Assembly: GCA_965235115.1 (NCBI GenBank)
Contig: OZ249436.1
Location: 32,738,001-32,802,000, forward strand
DNA: 64,000 nt
From: Laetmonice hystrix
Taxonomy: Eukaryota
Reading direction: 5' to 3'
Shown here: positions 37,234 through 50,167 of the stretch, one piece after another
Numbering within the stretch: the stretch's first letter is position 1
Layout of the letters: each line of letters starts with the position of its first letter
Program-made: the position numbers and the translations under genes
Notes under the pieces: model-generated
Databases searched by the model: none
What the model saw: the letters and a program-made list of their open reading frames with translations, nothing else
Told to the model about the DNA's origin: nothing

Positions 37234-37598
37234 CACTGGCGTAGGAACCGGGGGGCAGGGGGCATGTGCCCCCCACTTCTCAGGGGGGGGGCAAAGATAT
37301 GTTTGTGCCCCCCCCCCCACGTTCAGACCCAGAATTTTCAATATCGCTTAAATTCTGCTACAGACTTCAACTTTACCTAACTGTTTTGAGAAATTCCACA
37401 ATTTATATCTCCAGATGCCAGGAAATAGCGTTTTGGGGCCTTCTAAATTCAACAATTTTCTGGGGAGGGCCCCCCAGACTCCCCTGCACGTAGTCACCTC
37501 ACGCCTTCGGCGCTCGAGGACGCCCTCTTTCGTGCAGTGCTGGTTCCGCGCCTGAGATGTGCCCCCCCCCAACTTTTTGTCACGTTCCTACGCCATTG
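37234..37598. mobile_element. G/C-rich MITE with 15-bp TIR and perfect 5-bp TSD
   Basis: ACGTA|CACTGGCGTAGGAAC ... GTTCCTACGCCATTG|ACGTA. Confidence 0.85.
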
Positions 37599-37619
37599 AC
37601 GTAGTTCACTGTATCTAAA

Positions 37620-37888
37620 TATGGGGATGGGTGGATAGAGGCTCTGGCTGACAGCCAATGTGAGCTGATGGCTATCCTCAACAGTTCGAATCCCCTCTAG
37701 TGTCCGACTGGTTTATCAAAGGTCAGGTGTTGTACGTTAACCCCTGCCATTTATTGATAAGAGTAGGGCCATGGCCCAGTGTAGGCTTTCTCTTTATCTC
37801 ATCATCACCAGACAGGGCGAAAAGGAGAAAGAAATGTTTCCGTCCTGAAGATGGCCAAAAGTTGCCGACAGGACGTAAAACCAACAAG
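37620..37888 (+). mobile_element. Decayed tRNA-derived SINE related to the one at 38674
   Basis: B-box-like GTTCGAATCCC; CCGACTGGTTTATCAAAGG; GATAAGAGTAGGG; TCTCATCATCACCA; 3' tail ...GACGTAAAACCAAC. Confidence 0.65.
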
Positions 37889-38129
37889 TTACCACCACAT
37901 AGTGTGAGTATGAACTTCGCAGATGTTGTTCAGGTTGAGACATTCTTTGTTACAAGCTGACTATACGTGTTTCAGGCTACAGGCGCTTAATGAGATGATT
38001 CCAGTCCCAAGCCCGTAATTCCCATAAATTGTTAAAAACCATGGGGGAATAATGTCTTACTAATATCACAGTTGTGAGATATTGGCGGAACCCTAACTTT
38101 CGCTTTCTTAAAGCTACCTCGTTAACAGC

Positions 38130-38475
38130 ATTTAATAATTCAACCATTTTCCATCTGAGTTTCCATCTAGAGTTTGTCGCCTTAAAAATTGGGTGTCAGG
38201 TCTCAGATATTCAAAAATGGCTTCATCGCATTCCTTGACCATCAAAATAGTGGGCTAGACACTTTCTAATTGAAGCTAGTACAAATATTTTCAAAGACAT
38301 TGACAAAATTGTATTTTTTATTAATGGCGACCTTAATTAGGTCATAACAAAAATTGCTCACCCATGCCAGCTGGGCACCCGTCAGTTTCATGAAAGAGTC
38401 CACCTAAAGAATACATTGCTGCAAAAAGTCGTAGTAGTACTCAACTCACGGTTCCTGGTCTGTTCTACTAGACTA
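38130..38475. mobile_element. Possible Academ-type DNA transposon end
   Basis: Ends in ...CTACTAGACTA (TAG...CTA-type terminus). The subterminal ATTCCTTGACCATCAAAATAGTGGGCTAGACAC resembles recalled Academ subterminal sequence. The other end was not found. Confidence 0.4.
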
Positions 38476-38673
38476 TACGAGCTTTAATGTTAGGTTTAAG
38501 AGTTAACTGATGTTCTATAGCCTATTTCTACTGATTGTAAACTGGTAGATTCTTCAGCTATGTTCTTCCGAACCGAAATGCGCGTTGATGTTATCATTGA
38601 CAGCCATTTCCCCCTGGGATCTCATCGTAAATAATTTACCCTAACAGTTATAACGTAGCCTTCCCTCCGTGAG

Positions 38674-38987
38674 AGGGACTTGGGGCGCAGTGGTTAGATC
38701 GCGGGACCTTGAGCCAAAGGTTTCGAGTTCGAGCCACGGCCTCGCCGGACTTTCCTGGGCTGCCGACTGCTTTATCAAAAGCCGGACGTGTCACGACACG
38801 TCTATGTGGAGGGGCACGTTAAAGAGATCCCTTGGCATCTATCGATAAGGGTAGGGATTTCCTCTTATCATCTCATCATTATCACCAAATGGATTTCACC
38901 GATTGAGTTAGTTACCTTGATCTCGCCCTGATATAGCTGAAATACTCTGACTGCATGGCGTTGAACACCAACTATACTCACTCACTC
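38674..38987 (+). mobile_element. tRNA-derived SINE (Meta-domain-like body) with (ACTC)n tail
   Basis: Pol III A-box-like TGGGGCGCAGTGG and B-box GAGTTCGAGCC; body GCCGACTGCTTTATCAAAAGCC...TAAAGAGATCCCTTGGCATCTATCGATAAGGGTAGG; 3' GATATAGCTGAAATA...GGCGTTGAACACCAAC followed by ACTCACTCACTC. Confidence 0.82.
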
Positions 38988-39559
38988 TGTCAGAGAGCCC
39001 CACGAAACGGGCTCCCTAACACTGACAAAGTATAGCTGAACACCTCCTATAATGGCCTAATTTGAGAAGGGTTCATCTTACACAGACGGAAGTAGCCTGA
39101 TGCAGATCGACCTAATAATAGATCGACGTCAGGCGAATGGTCCCTTTTCTAAACATGCATTTATGGGCATTGTCTAACGGTAAAAATCACGTGTCTTTTC
39201 TTCGTCGCTAAAACCTGAATAAGCCCTAATATAAGTTAACACCATTAAAGCATAAAGCCCTTCTTTTTTTCTTTCCCTTTTACGCATGACGTTTATCTGG
39301 CGGGACTTTCCTATTTGAGGGTGCTACAGGCGCGCATACGTCACAGACATGGAACGTTCCAGGACCGAATAGGCCTAATTGTATAATATAGGCCTAATAA
39401 CTGTCATCGACCTCATTAGTTCCGTTTACTTGCCTTAGGAACAATTTAAGTCACTTCGGCCAGGCAAGAACAGAACTAGGACTATATGCTGACTATCCTT
39501 GGCAACCAAATCCGTCTCAATTGAATCTCGCTGGTCTAGCAAAGGAAATGGCACGGAAT

Positions 39560-39900
39560 CTGTACCGAAGATGAGGCCGCCCCCGCTGCATGCATGGCCC
39601 CGGACCTCCCGGAGCCTGCCGTCGGTGGGCGGTCGGTCAGTCAGGCTCCAGCGGCCGCAGGATGCAGTCGGCCAGCCGTCCGTGCCGCACGACGTCTGCC
39701 CGCCGCTCCCGCCGCTCCCGCCGCTCCCGCCGCTCCGTGTCGTCTGCCGATCACCAGTCCTTACCCCGCTGCCCTCGCCAATTGACAGCGGACAAACGTC
39801 GAGCCGACTCGGTAAGCCGGTGCTCCCCACTGGCGGCCGGTGCTCCCCACTGGCGGCCCTGTGTGGGATCGCACACCTAAGCGGGTATCTGCACCAGGAG
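39560..39900 (+). promoter_or_regulatory. CpG-rich island, candidate internal promoter/first exon
   Basis: Markedly GC- and CpG-rich relative to its flanks; GC box GGCCGCCCC; (CCCGCCGCT)x3-4 repeat; strong donor TCG|GTAAGC at 39811/39812. Confidence 0.45.
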
Positions 39901-40400
39901 GCTGGATATATAACACCGGAGATTACTTTACGCCGTTCAGGTGCAACTTGAGTACGCAACAGGTTATCGTTTGGCCTTTGGGGCTATACCTCGTGTGAAC
40001 GAGGGAGGTGCAGTAGTAGGCCTGTATTGCATCCCGTGGAGTTTCTCTAGGATCAAACTTTAAGTCTGCACTCCACTGGATTCTTCAGCAAGGTATCTGA
40101 ATCACAGATATAAACATCAGACCGAGTGCTTTCAAGGTAAGTGTGCATGGCAACTTTTATACGAGCTCTCAGGTATCATTTACCCTATACCCCGTGGTGG
40201 TTTGTATCAACAACAAAGTGTGGAATCTGTAGTCATAAAAATGATGGCCCGATCGAAATTGCTTGTCCAGAATGGTCGGAGGCTGCATTTTTATTACAGC
40301 AACATTGGCCTAGCCGAAAGTTATATTGCAGTAAAGATGAAATGAACATTTTCAGTCAACATTATAAAGGACGGGATCACAGTGTGAGGTGCACCTCTCA

Positions 40401-40560
40401 CAGTGGCGGACCCAGGGTCGGGGGGAGCGTTATGGGGGTTACCCCCTTACGAAATTTTTCATTTTTTTTTGCTTGGAAGATTCAAACCAAAAACACAACA
40501 ACCCCATTGGCACCCCCCTCCATTGGCGCCCCCCTTGTCGCCAACCTGGATCTGCCTCTG
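40401..40560. mobile_element. G/C-rich MITE with near-5-bp TSD
   Basis: CAGTGGCGGACCCAGG ... CCTGGATCTGCCTCTG inverted termini; flanks TCTCA / CCTCA. Confidence 0.7.
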
Positions 40561-41330
40561 CCTCACCCCCCCCCCCCCACACACACACACACTTTCATTG
40601 GAGCATAAATTTACGGGTGCTTACATGCGTATCTCACAGGTCTATAATATTCCTTTTGTTCCAATAAATATCGCAGTCTGCGGCTTTAAGGGACACAACG
40701 GAGTATAATAGGGGTCTCTATTTTAAGTCAGAGCGACCTATGTGGGCTATATCTCACGGACGTATCTTCGCACCCAAGTACTTGTAGGAAAACAAACGCC
40801 AGGTCGGGTTTGTGGTAATAGCAGGTCTACAGCTCGAGGGTGGGAACGTTTACCCTCAGCGTCTCTCAAGGGAGCAAACTGGGCCTGACTTGTCTTGGTG
40901 AGGGCCAAAAGTCGGTCAGTAGTGGGGCTCATAATATCAGGGTGAACCGTTACTGTCATAGCATTTAGGTCAGCTCTGGCAACTGTGTGCACGATACTAT
41001 AACAAGTTGATTTTGGATAATAATTACTTTCAATAAAACATCGTTAAGATTACCATTGAAACACAACCGGCAATATGATCGCTTGTGCAATTTCATCTTT
41101 ATTCGATTCTTGATCAAATTTCCTGTCACACCCTTTTTGGGTTATACTGATCAGCCAGATTCCCAGACTTCCTGGATGATGTAAAACCAACATTGGGCGT
41201 ACAGTGTAGGGGTCCATGGAAACATCCTGTACATTGGGTCGATCTGATTATACTGTATGTACACATGTGGCAGGTGCAGCTTTCAGATAGCATCTTCACG
41301 TTTGGCCTCCTTGAACACTACAGGGTCCGG

Positions 41331-41975
41331 CGGGTGGGTGGGTGAGGTGGAGAGGTATGGGGGTGGAGTGGGTGGGTGGGGGTGAATATAGGTATGGGTG
41401 ATGGAGGAGTTACCGGGGTGGATAGGTATGGGAGAGGGAGTAGGTGGGTGGGGGTGGAGTTACCGGGGTGGATAGGTACGGGAGGTTGGGTGGGTGGGTG
41501 GGGGTGGAGTTACCGGGGTGGATAGGTATGGGAGGTTGGGTGGGTGGGTGGGGGTGGAGTTACCGGGGTGGATAGGTATGGGAGGTTGGGTGGGTGGGTG
41601 GGGGTGGAGTTACCGGGGTGGATAGGTATGGGAGGTTGGGTGGGTGGGTGGGGGTGGAGTTACCGGGGTGGATAGGTATGGGAGGTTGGGTGGGTGGGTG
41701 GGGGTGGAGTTACCGGGGTGGATAGGTAAGGGAGGTTGGGTGGGTGGGTGGGTGTGGAGTTACCGGGGTGGATAGGTATGGGAGGTTGGGTGGGTGGGTG
41801 TGGAGTTACCGGGGTGGATAGGTATGGGAGTTGGAGTGGGTGGGTGGGTGGGGGTGGAGTTACCGGGGTGGATAGGTATGGGTAGGGGGTGGAGTGGGGG
41901 TGGAGTTACCGGGGTGGATAGGTATGGGTGGGGGTGAAGTGGGGACGGAGTTACCGGGGTGGACAGGTATACTGG
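41331..41975. repeat. G-rich minisatellite, ~50-bp unit
   Basis: TACCGGGGTGGATAGGTATGGGAGGTTGGGTGGGTGGGTGGGGGTGGAGT, ~12 copies, degenerate at the edges. Confidence 0.95.
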
Positions 41976-41984
41976 GGTGGAGCG

Positions 41985-44143
41985 GATGGGTGGTCGTTTG
42001 GATTGGGTGAGGGGGAGGGGGTGATGGGTGGTCGTTTGGATTGGGTGAGGGGGGGGGGGGTGATGGGTGGTCGTTTGGACTGGGTGAGGGTGAGGGGGTG
42101 ATGGGTGGTCGTTTGGACTGGGTGAGGGGGGGGGTGATGGGTGGTCGTTTAGATTGGGTGAGGGGGAGGGAGTGATGGGTGGTCGTTTGGACTGGGTGAG
42201 GGTGAGGGGGTGATGGGTGGTCGTTTGGATTGGGTGAGGGGGAGGGGGTGATGGGTGGTCGTTTGGACTGGGTGAGGGGGAGGGGGTGGTGGGTGGTCGT
42301 TTGGACTGGGTGAGGGGGAGGGGGTGATGGGTGGTCGTTTAGACTGGGTGAGGGGGAGGGGGTGATGGGTGGTCGTTTAGACTGGGTGAGGGTGAGGGGG
42401 TGATGGGTGGTCGTTTGGACTGGGTGAGGGTGAGGGGGTGATGGGTGGTCGTTTGGATTGGGTGAGGGGGAGGGGGTGATGGTTGGTCGTTTAGACTGGG
42501 TGAGGGGGAGGGGGTGATGGGTGGTCGTTTGGACTGGGTGAGGGTGAGGGGGTGATGGGTGGTCGTTTAGACTGGGTGAGGGTGAGGGGGTGATGGGTGG
42601 TCGTTTAGACTGGGTGAGGGTGACGGGGTGATGGGTGGTCGTTTAGACTGGGTGAGGGTGAGGGGGTGATGGGTGGTCGTTTAGACTGGGTGAGGGGGAG
42701 GGGGTGATGGGTGGTCGTTTAGACTGGGTGAGGGTGAGGGGGTGATGGGTGGTCGTTTAGACTGGGTGAGGGGGAGGGGGTGATGGGTGGTCGTTTAGAC
42801 TGGGTGAGGGGGAGGGGTGATGGGTGGTCGTTTGGACTGGGTGAGGGGGTGATGGGTGGTCGTTTGGACTGGGTGAGGGGGAGGGGGTGATGGGTGGTCG
42901 TTTAGACTGGGTGAGGGTGAGGGGGTGATGGGTGGTCGTTTGGACTGGGTGAGGGTGAAGGGGGTGATGGGTGGTCGTTTGGACTGGGTGAGGGGGAGGG
43001 GTGATGGGTGGTCGTTTGGACTGGGTGATGGGGAGGGGGTGATGGGTGGTCGTTTGGACTGGGTGAGGGGGAGGGGGTGATGGGTGGTCGTTTGGACTGG
43101 GTGAGGGGGAGGGGTGATGGGTGGTCGTTTGGACTGGGGGAGGGGGAGGGGGTGATGGGTGGTCGTTTGGACTGGGTGATAGGGAGGGGGTGATGGTTGG
43201 TCGTTTGGACTGGGTGAGGGGGGGGGGGGGGGAGGTGATGGGTGGTCGTTTAGACTAGTTGAGGGGGAGGGGGTGATGGGTGGTCGTTTGGACTGGGTGA
43301 TGGGGAGGGGGTGATGGGTGGTCGTTTGGACTGGGTGAGGGTGAGTGGGTGGTGGGTGGTCGTTTGGACTGGGTGAGGGTGAGGGGGTGATGGGTGGTCG
43401 TTTAGACTGGGTGAGGGTGAGGGGGTGATGGGTGGTCGTTTGGACTGGGTGAGGGTGAGGGGGTGATGGATGGTCGCTTGGACTGGGTGAGGGTGATGGG
43501 TGGTCGTTTAGACTGGGTGAGGGTGAGGGGGTGGTGGGTGGTCGTTTGGACTGGGTGAGGGTGAGGGGGTGATGGGTGGTCGTTTAGACTGGGTGAGGGG
43601 GAGGGGGTGATGGGTGGTCGTTTGGACTGGGTGAGGGTGAGGGGGTGATGGGTGGTCGTTTAGACTGGGTGAGGGTGAGGGGGTGATGGGTGGTCGTTTG
43701 GACTGGGTGAGGGTGAGGGGGTGATGGGTGGTCGTTTAGACTGGGTGAGGGTGAGGGGGTGATGGTTGGTCGTTTAGACTGGGTGAGGGTGAGGGGGTGA
43801 TGGTTGGTCGTTTAGACTGGGTGAGGGTGAGGGGGTGATGGGTGGTCGTTTGGACTGGGTGAGGGTGAGGGGGTGATGGGTGGTCGTTTAGACTGGGTGA
43901 GGGTGAGGGGGTGATGGTTGGTCGTTTAGACTGGGTGAGGGGGAGGGGGTGATGGGTGGTCGTTTAGACTGGGTGAGGGTGAGGGAGTGATGGGTGGTCG
44001 TTTGGACTGGGTGAGGGTGAGGGGGTGATGGGTGGTCGTTTGGACTGGGTGAGGGTGAGGGTGTGATGGGTGGTCGTTTAGGCTGGGTGAGGGTGAGGGG
44101 GTGATGGGTGGTCGTTTAGACTGGGTGAGGGGGAGGGGTGATG
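41985..44143. repeat. G-rich minisatellite, 38-bp unit, ~57 copies
   Basis: TGATGGGTGGTCGTTT(G/A)GACTGGGTGAGGG(T)GAGGGGG in tandem, directly abutting the 50-bp array. Confidence 0.98.
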
Positions 44144-44417
44144 GATGATGATGATAAGATCTGTGAGAACGCCGGACGTATCTACCAGTAACATATTGCG
44201 AGGATGTCCTCTCACCTGTTCCCCGATATTTGGGGTCACCTTCACGGTCTGCCCCCCCCCCCCCCAGCCATTTGAAAATAACCATATGACGCTCTCTGGG
44301 CCCGTCTTACTAAACAACGACCGTGTGTAATTACAACTTGTGTGCCTTGAACTGGCAGTGGTCACACAAGTAGATTTATCCAGCATCGTGGTATCACCCA
44401 GCTGCTAGTCCCATTAA

Positions 44418-44638
44418 AGGTAATATGTCACGAATTTCAAATAATACGTCGTGTTTCAGCAAAAATATGTCTGCATTGCGGTTCTCCGATATGCCCCGAA
44501 GGTCCCCTACCTGTTTATGTAGCTTTGGCCGGTATTCTGTTAAAAAAATCGCCAATTAGTGCCATAATAGTACGTCAGTGGCGAGCAGGTAAGCAGAAAA
44601 CTGAAGATTTCGGTCGATACCCTCGTGACATATTTCCT
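44418..44638 (+). mobile_element. 221-bp MITE with TTAA TSD (Kolobok-like)
   Basis: TTAA|AGGTAATATGTCACGA ... TCGTGACATATTTCCT|TTAA (15/16 TIR match). Confidence 0.88.
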
Positions 44639-44821
44639 TTAATTATATCCCTAACAATGTCGTCTATCATAACAGTATTTATAATGGGTGCTTACTTCTT
44701 TGTGTATTTTTTTCTATTTTTCTCACATTATAGCCTTATCCCAAGTGTGCTATATGATCTTAAAATGTAAGGAGATGTTCATTAAGACCTCGTTCAGTGT
44801 TGAGTTCTATATATAGATTAA

Positions 44822-45154
44822 AGGGAATAGAAAAGTTCAAACTATCAATATAAGGGTGATCAGCGTGAACAAGTTTGTTCTTACCTACAATCCTGTGATT
44901 ATCTGATCTTTAAAAGGAATAATTAACCGAAATGTAGAGACATTCTCCCGCTGGCTTCGTCGGTTTGTTTACCCTATTTGGCCATTATCTCAATCTATTA
45001 ATAGATATAGCTCCCGCTGTCTCACGTGGGAAATAGCGAATGACCCGGGCGGTATTTTTAAAAAGTCGCCGTTGACAGTGTTCCACTTATCGGTGTGACC
45101 TTAGACACTTTATATGGTGTTACTGGTGTTCAAAGGTACGTTAGTGAGTAACTT
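44822..45154 (-). mobile_element. Inverted second copy of the 24722-25067 TTAA element, one end clipped
   Basis: Reverse complement of 24722-25067 with scattered substitutions. TTAA|AGGGAATAGAAAAGTTC is intact; the other TIR stops after TTAGTGAGTAACTT. Confidence 0.9.
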
Positions 45155-48100
45155 AGCAGGAACGTATTGCGACTGTAGTGAGCTGTCCGGATTTGGTTAA
45201 AGGGCGGGGGCGCGAAAGTATAAAAGCGTTAATTAAATAATGTCATTTGTGCCATTAAATATGCTACATCACACAACTGTAGGAATATTGCATGGAGCCA
45301 TAGGGCGATCGTCCTGATCTCATTGATTTCTTTTAGGCCTAACACAATAATTATATGTTTCACTATGGCCGGAAGATGGGGCGCGACTCAAATAAAATAT
45401 TGTTAAGGAATGGTAATGTATTTTGTGGAGGCAATACATATTTAACACTTTGTTTAAGTGCATCTACAGGCTGAACTCTCGGCAACAAAATGGTTGGTTT
45501 TAAACATTATTCTCTGCACGACATTGCAGCCTACCGGCAGAAGCTTGGGATGCTGTTAATGAGATATAATGAAGAAATAATGCATAGGTTGTTCTTCAAC
45601 ATTATGATGTTCTTCAACGTAACAGGAGTTGGACCTCAATTATTTCTGTATAATTACTTACAGATGATCTATTATACTGAGGGAACGTGGCATTAGGAGA
45701 TCCTCGATTAGGTAAAGGCGCCCCCTTCCAAAATACCTGAAATGTTCCAAAGTGCTGCTGCATGCTCATGTTCATCCTCAGTGTCATTCACCTGTCGGAA
45801 TCATGAGAATTATGTTATGAATGATAACGTCTCCGATCAACTCCAGTAGGTTATCTGTCTCTCTATAGCCGTCAACCGACTCGGTAAAGTTCAGCAAAGA
45901 ACAGACATCCGGATCGAGTACAAAGGTCTGGGTTAAAAGATCTTTAATGAACACATCAGTTTGAAATAATAGCTAAATAATCATCGGCCCTATCGTCACG
46001 CTGTGACCAGCGTACACGTACTGGGGCGTTCAAAAACTCGGAGTCGGATGGTATAGGCTACAGGTTACATTTTATTTACATCCTAAACCGTCGGTCCCCT
46101 ATAAGAGGACTCTATATACAATGAAGTTGAATAATTAATTATATCACATGATAACACACAACCCCTTCAAAATCCGTAGGATAGAAATGACTGATCTATG
46201 GGCACAAAGTAAGCAACCCGGAATGCCCTCCCAATGACCCCCCTCCCCGATCGGGCAGCAAGGCTGGCCCCGGATAACCCTTAACCTTACCCAGCTCATG
46301 CCGCAGCAGATACGGTCAAATAATCTAAGATGAATGTTCTCCACATATTGACGATGACGGAAGAGTTGGAAGGTGTATTTGTACCCTCCGTATCGCCAAG
46401 GTCATCCCCTTTCCTTCACTTCCAAACTATACATGATCTTATGGATAAGAACTGTCGGTTATAGAGAGTATACATAATGTGAACATTGGACTTCCATCCC
46501 ATATTTGGATTCCGTAATGATTATAGATCAATTCGATAATGAGATGTTTACACTTTCCCTACTACCAAAACCATCCACACTGACTTCCATCATCATCTTC
46601 ACCGTCGTGATATGACCCTGTTGCAAGGCGTAAACCCCCAAAATATATACCCACCTTCATAAATGATGACAGCTTATCTCCGAACTCGTAAAATTTGCAC
46701 TGGCCTCACACCGCTCCGCTATGGTATTGAGGTCACCTTAAACAATTTCCTTCCGTTAAAATCTCATAATTATTGAAAAATATAATTCTTCGTTGGCAAT
46801 ATCTCTATCTTGGGTGCGTGCTCGTGTATATGCATACAGAGAGGAGAGCAGCTAGACCCAGTTTATGTCATGACATTCATAAAAGTTAAAATGTTTGGGG
46901 TATTTTTGTTGAAAACGATACAAACTTTCTGACACACATTCACGATAAAAGGAACATAATTCGTGCCGTTTACAGCTGTTATACAGGAGTCACAAATGTC
47001 GGAGTCTTTTCTTTCAAAGTTTACACGGTCGTGCGCACGCAAGATCGTAGAGTCTTTTGTGTTGACCGAATACCTAGACTTTGAATAATTATAGTTGACA
47101 TCTAAATGGGTCCAGCAACAGCGGGCGCCAAGTCCACAAACCGTACCTCAGTGTGAGGAGCTTGTATCACAACATGCATGAGTGACTTTCCTTTCAGATT
47201 CCGTGCACTGGACTTTCACTGTCGCCCATCTATTTGGGGGTTAAAGTTAACACACTTCAATTATATCGTTGGTCAAAAGTCATGAAGGCTATTGAAGTTC
47301 AAATAAATTGTCTGACCTCGTGTAAGCTCAACATACATAATATTTCTATGAATGAAAAATATATCTTGATTTTGTAGACACCCTGAGTTATACAGCGCTA
47401 TCATTATTTATGGGGGGCAAAAGAAGATATTCCCGCCGTCATGCACGAAGTAGGCCTAGTACCGTTTATAAGCAATCGTTATAGCCCAGGGCGTTTTTAT
47501 TTGTGGAAAGGATGGCAGATCACACATTACATCCAGCAACGTTAACCACAACCTGCGATCTAAACCCTGACTTCAAAGTCACGGCCACTCTGAGGGCTAA
47601 AGTCAAGTGGATACCACTTTGAAACCCACGTCTGTGATAGTACAGCTGGGTGATAGGGCTGGCATTTCATACATAATCAACCCCACCCGTTACTTTCGAG
47701 AAGTACTGCCCGGGTCAGTTGTGACAGTGATGGATCGTTCTCGTAGATAGTAGAGACACTCAGGATGCGGTCACAATTAGGATAAATCGGGTAAAAACAC
47801 ACCATGCTTAAACCTGTTTAACGTCGAATTGTTCAGGCATAAAGAAGATTTTTATATAATCTATATGACCGTGTGGACACAGCGTTCGCACACGTAAAAT
47901 GTCAACAAACCTGTTTTGTCCTATTTTTAGTTTTTACAATATCGAATCCTAGTGCATTTGACATTAACTTTTCTGTTCAAATAATACTAACATTATTGTC
48001 TCTATAATTAATAAACAAATACATTATTTGGAATTATTAATACTGTTATCAACGCTAAACTGTGACTATAGCGATTGTGTGCCTATTTTACAATTATGAC

Positions 48101-48756
48101 GATTTAAATTTAAGAAAAAAAAAGAGAAATAAATCTGAACCTTGAATGACACGACTTGGGGAATTATGGAGATCGCCATCATTACTCTTGAACTGTAGCG
48201 TCGCCTTGCCACTATATCTTCGGTAGAACGGAGACGTTTACAGACACCGCATAATGATAACAAATACGCAGTTTGGAAGGAGATATGACCTAGGGCAGGT
48301 TCACACTGAGGATTTCCCCCGGGTAATACCCGGGTCAGTGGTGGTGAGCGGTATGTGAACGCGCTTAGCCCAAATGAAGTCAGCCAATGAGAGCCCATAA
48401 CACAAGTCAGTCTTAAAATTCCAGTCTTAAGATTGGTAAAATGACGAACTAAAAACCGGGCCCAGGTGGGCAGCCGAGTTGCCTCGGCAAGAAGGATGCC
48501 TCAGGTCAATATGACCCGAGCAGTGTGAACTTGGTCTTAGTACGCCACATCTCAAACAATTCTGACGTAAACTTAAAGGGCGCGATGCACTCAGCGCGCA
48601 GGTGTCTGACATGAGACATGGCACCCAGCACGGTGGTCGGCATGCGGCGTCACCCGGTACGGGTGAGGATGGGGGGCATCAGCCCTCGTGATGCGGATGG
48701 CTTGGAATGACATAATCTAAGCCGACTCTTCAGTTCTGGGCGTCGTATAACCTAGA

Positions 48757-50167
48757 TTTAATGATGGTAACAGTTCCGAGAGGGATATCCAGAGTCGTGT
48801 ATGTTGTAGTTTCGGCACTGAGTTAATGGGGGTAACAGTTCCGAGAGGGATATCCAGAGTCGTGCATGTTGTAGTTTGGGTACTGAGTTAATGAGGGTAA
48901 CAGTTCCGAGAGGGATAGCCAGAGTCGTGCATGTTGTAGTTTGGGTATACAGAGTTAATGAGGGTAACAGTTCCGAGAGGGATATCCAGAGTCGTGCATG
49001 TTGTAGTTTGGGTATACTGAGTTAATGAGGGTAACAGTTCCGAGAGGGATATCCAGAGTCGTGCATGTTGTAGTTTGGGTATACTGAGTTAATGAGGGTA
49101 ACAGTTCCGAGAGGGATATCCAGAGTCGTGCATGTTGTAGTTTCGGTACTGAGTTAACGAGGGTAACAGTTCCGAGAGGGATATCCAGAGTCGTGCATGT
49201 TGTAGTTTGGGTACTGAGTTAAGGGGGGTAACAGTTCCGAGAGGGATATCCAGAGTCGTGCATGTTGTAGTTTGGGTACTGAGTTAAGGGGGGTAACAGT
49301 TCCGAGAGGGATATCCAGAGTCGTGCATGTTGTAGTTTCGGTACTGAGTTAAGGGGGGTAACAGTTCCGAGAGGGATATCCAGAGTCGTGCATGTTGTAG
49401 TTTGGGTACTGAGTTAAGGGGGGTAACAGTTCCGAGAGGGATATCCAGAGTCGTGCATGTTGTAGTTTCGGTACTGAGTCCGAGAGGGATATCCAGAGTC
49501 GTGCATGCAGTAGTTTCGGTACTGAGTTAATGAGGGTAACAGTTCCGAGAGGGATATCCAGAGTCGTGCATGTTGTAGTTTCGGTACTAAGTTAATGAGG
49601 GTAACAGTTCCGAGAGGGATATCCAGAGTCGTGCATGTTGTAGTTTCGGTACTAAGTTAATGAGGGTAACAGTTCCGAGAGGGATATCCAGAGTCGTGCA
49701 TGTTGTAGTTTCGGTACTAAGTTAATGAGGGTAACAGTCCCGAGAGGGATATCCAGAGTCGTGCATGTTGTAGTTTGGGTATACAGAGTTTATGATGGTA
49801 ACAGTCCCGAGAGGGATATCCAGAGTCGTGCATGTTGTAGTTTGGGTATACTGAGTTAATGAGGGTAACAGTTCCGAGAGGGATATCCAGAGTCGTGCAT
49901 GTTGTAGTTTCGGTACTGAGAGGGATATCCAGAGTCGTGCATGTTGTAGTTTCGGTACTAAGTTAATGAGGGTAACAGTCCCGAGAGGGATATCCAGAGT
50001 CGTGCATGTTGTAGTTTCGGTATACAGAGTTAATGAGGGTAACAGTTCCGAGAGGGATATCCAGAGTCGTGCATGTTGTAGTTTCGGTACTGAGTTAATG
50101 ATGGTAACAGTTCCGGGAGGGATATCCAGAGTCGTGCATGTTGTAGTTTCGGAGGCTACTGAGTTAA
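48757..50167. repeat. Minisatellite, 65-bp unit (67-bp variant), ~21-22 copies
   Basis: GAGTTAATGAGGGTAACAGTTCCGAGAGGGATATCCAGAGTCGTGCATGTTGTAGTTT(C/G)GGTACT; two shortened units near 49475 and 49920. Confidence 0.98.

Noticed and set aside
37840..37876. Hammerhead-like CTGAAGA-TGGC...GCC-GACA
   Set aside because: The core lacks the required GAAA, and the sequence corresponds to the 3' tail of a decayed SINE.
38674..38750. tRNA-like sequence with A and B boxes
   Set aside because: No convincing acceptor stem, and it continues into a SINE body and (ACTC)n tail; called as a SINE head.
4300..50167. Minisatellites with 28-38-bp units resembling CRISPR repeats
   Set aside because: Units are contiguous with no unique spacers, there are no cas genes, and the context is eukaryotic.
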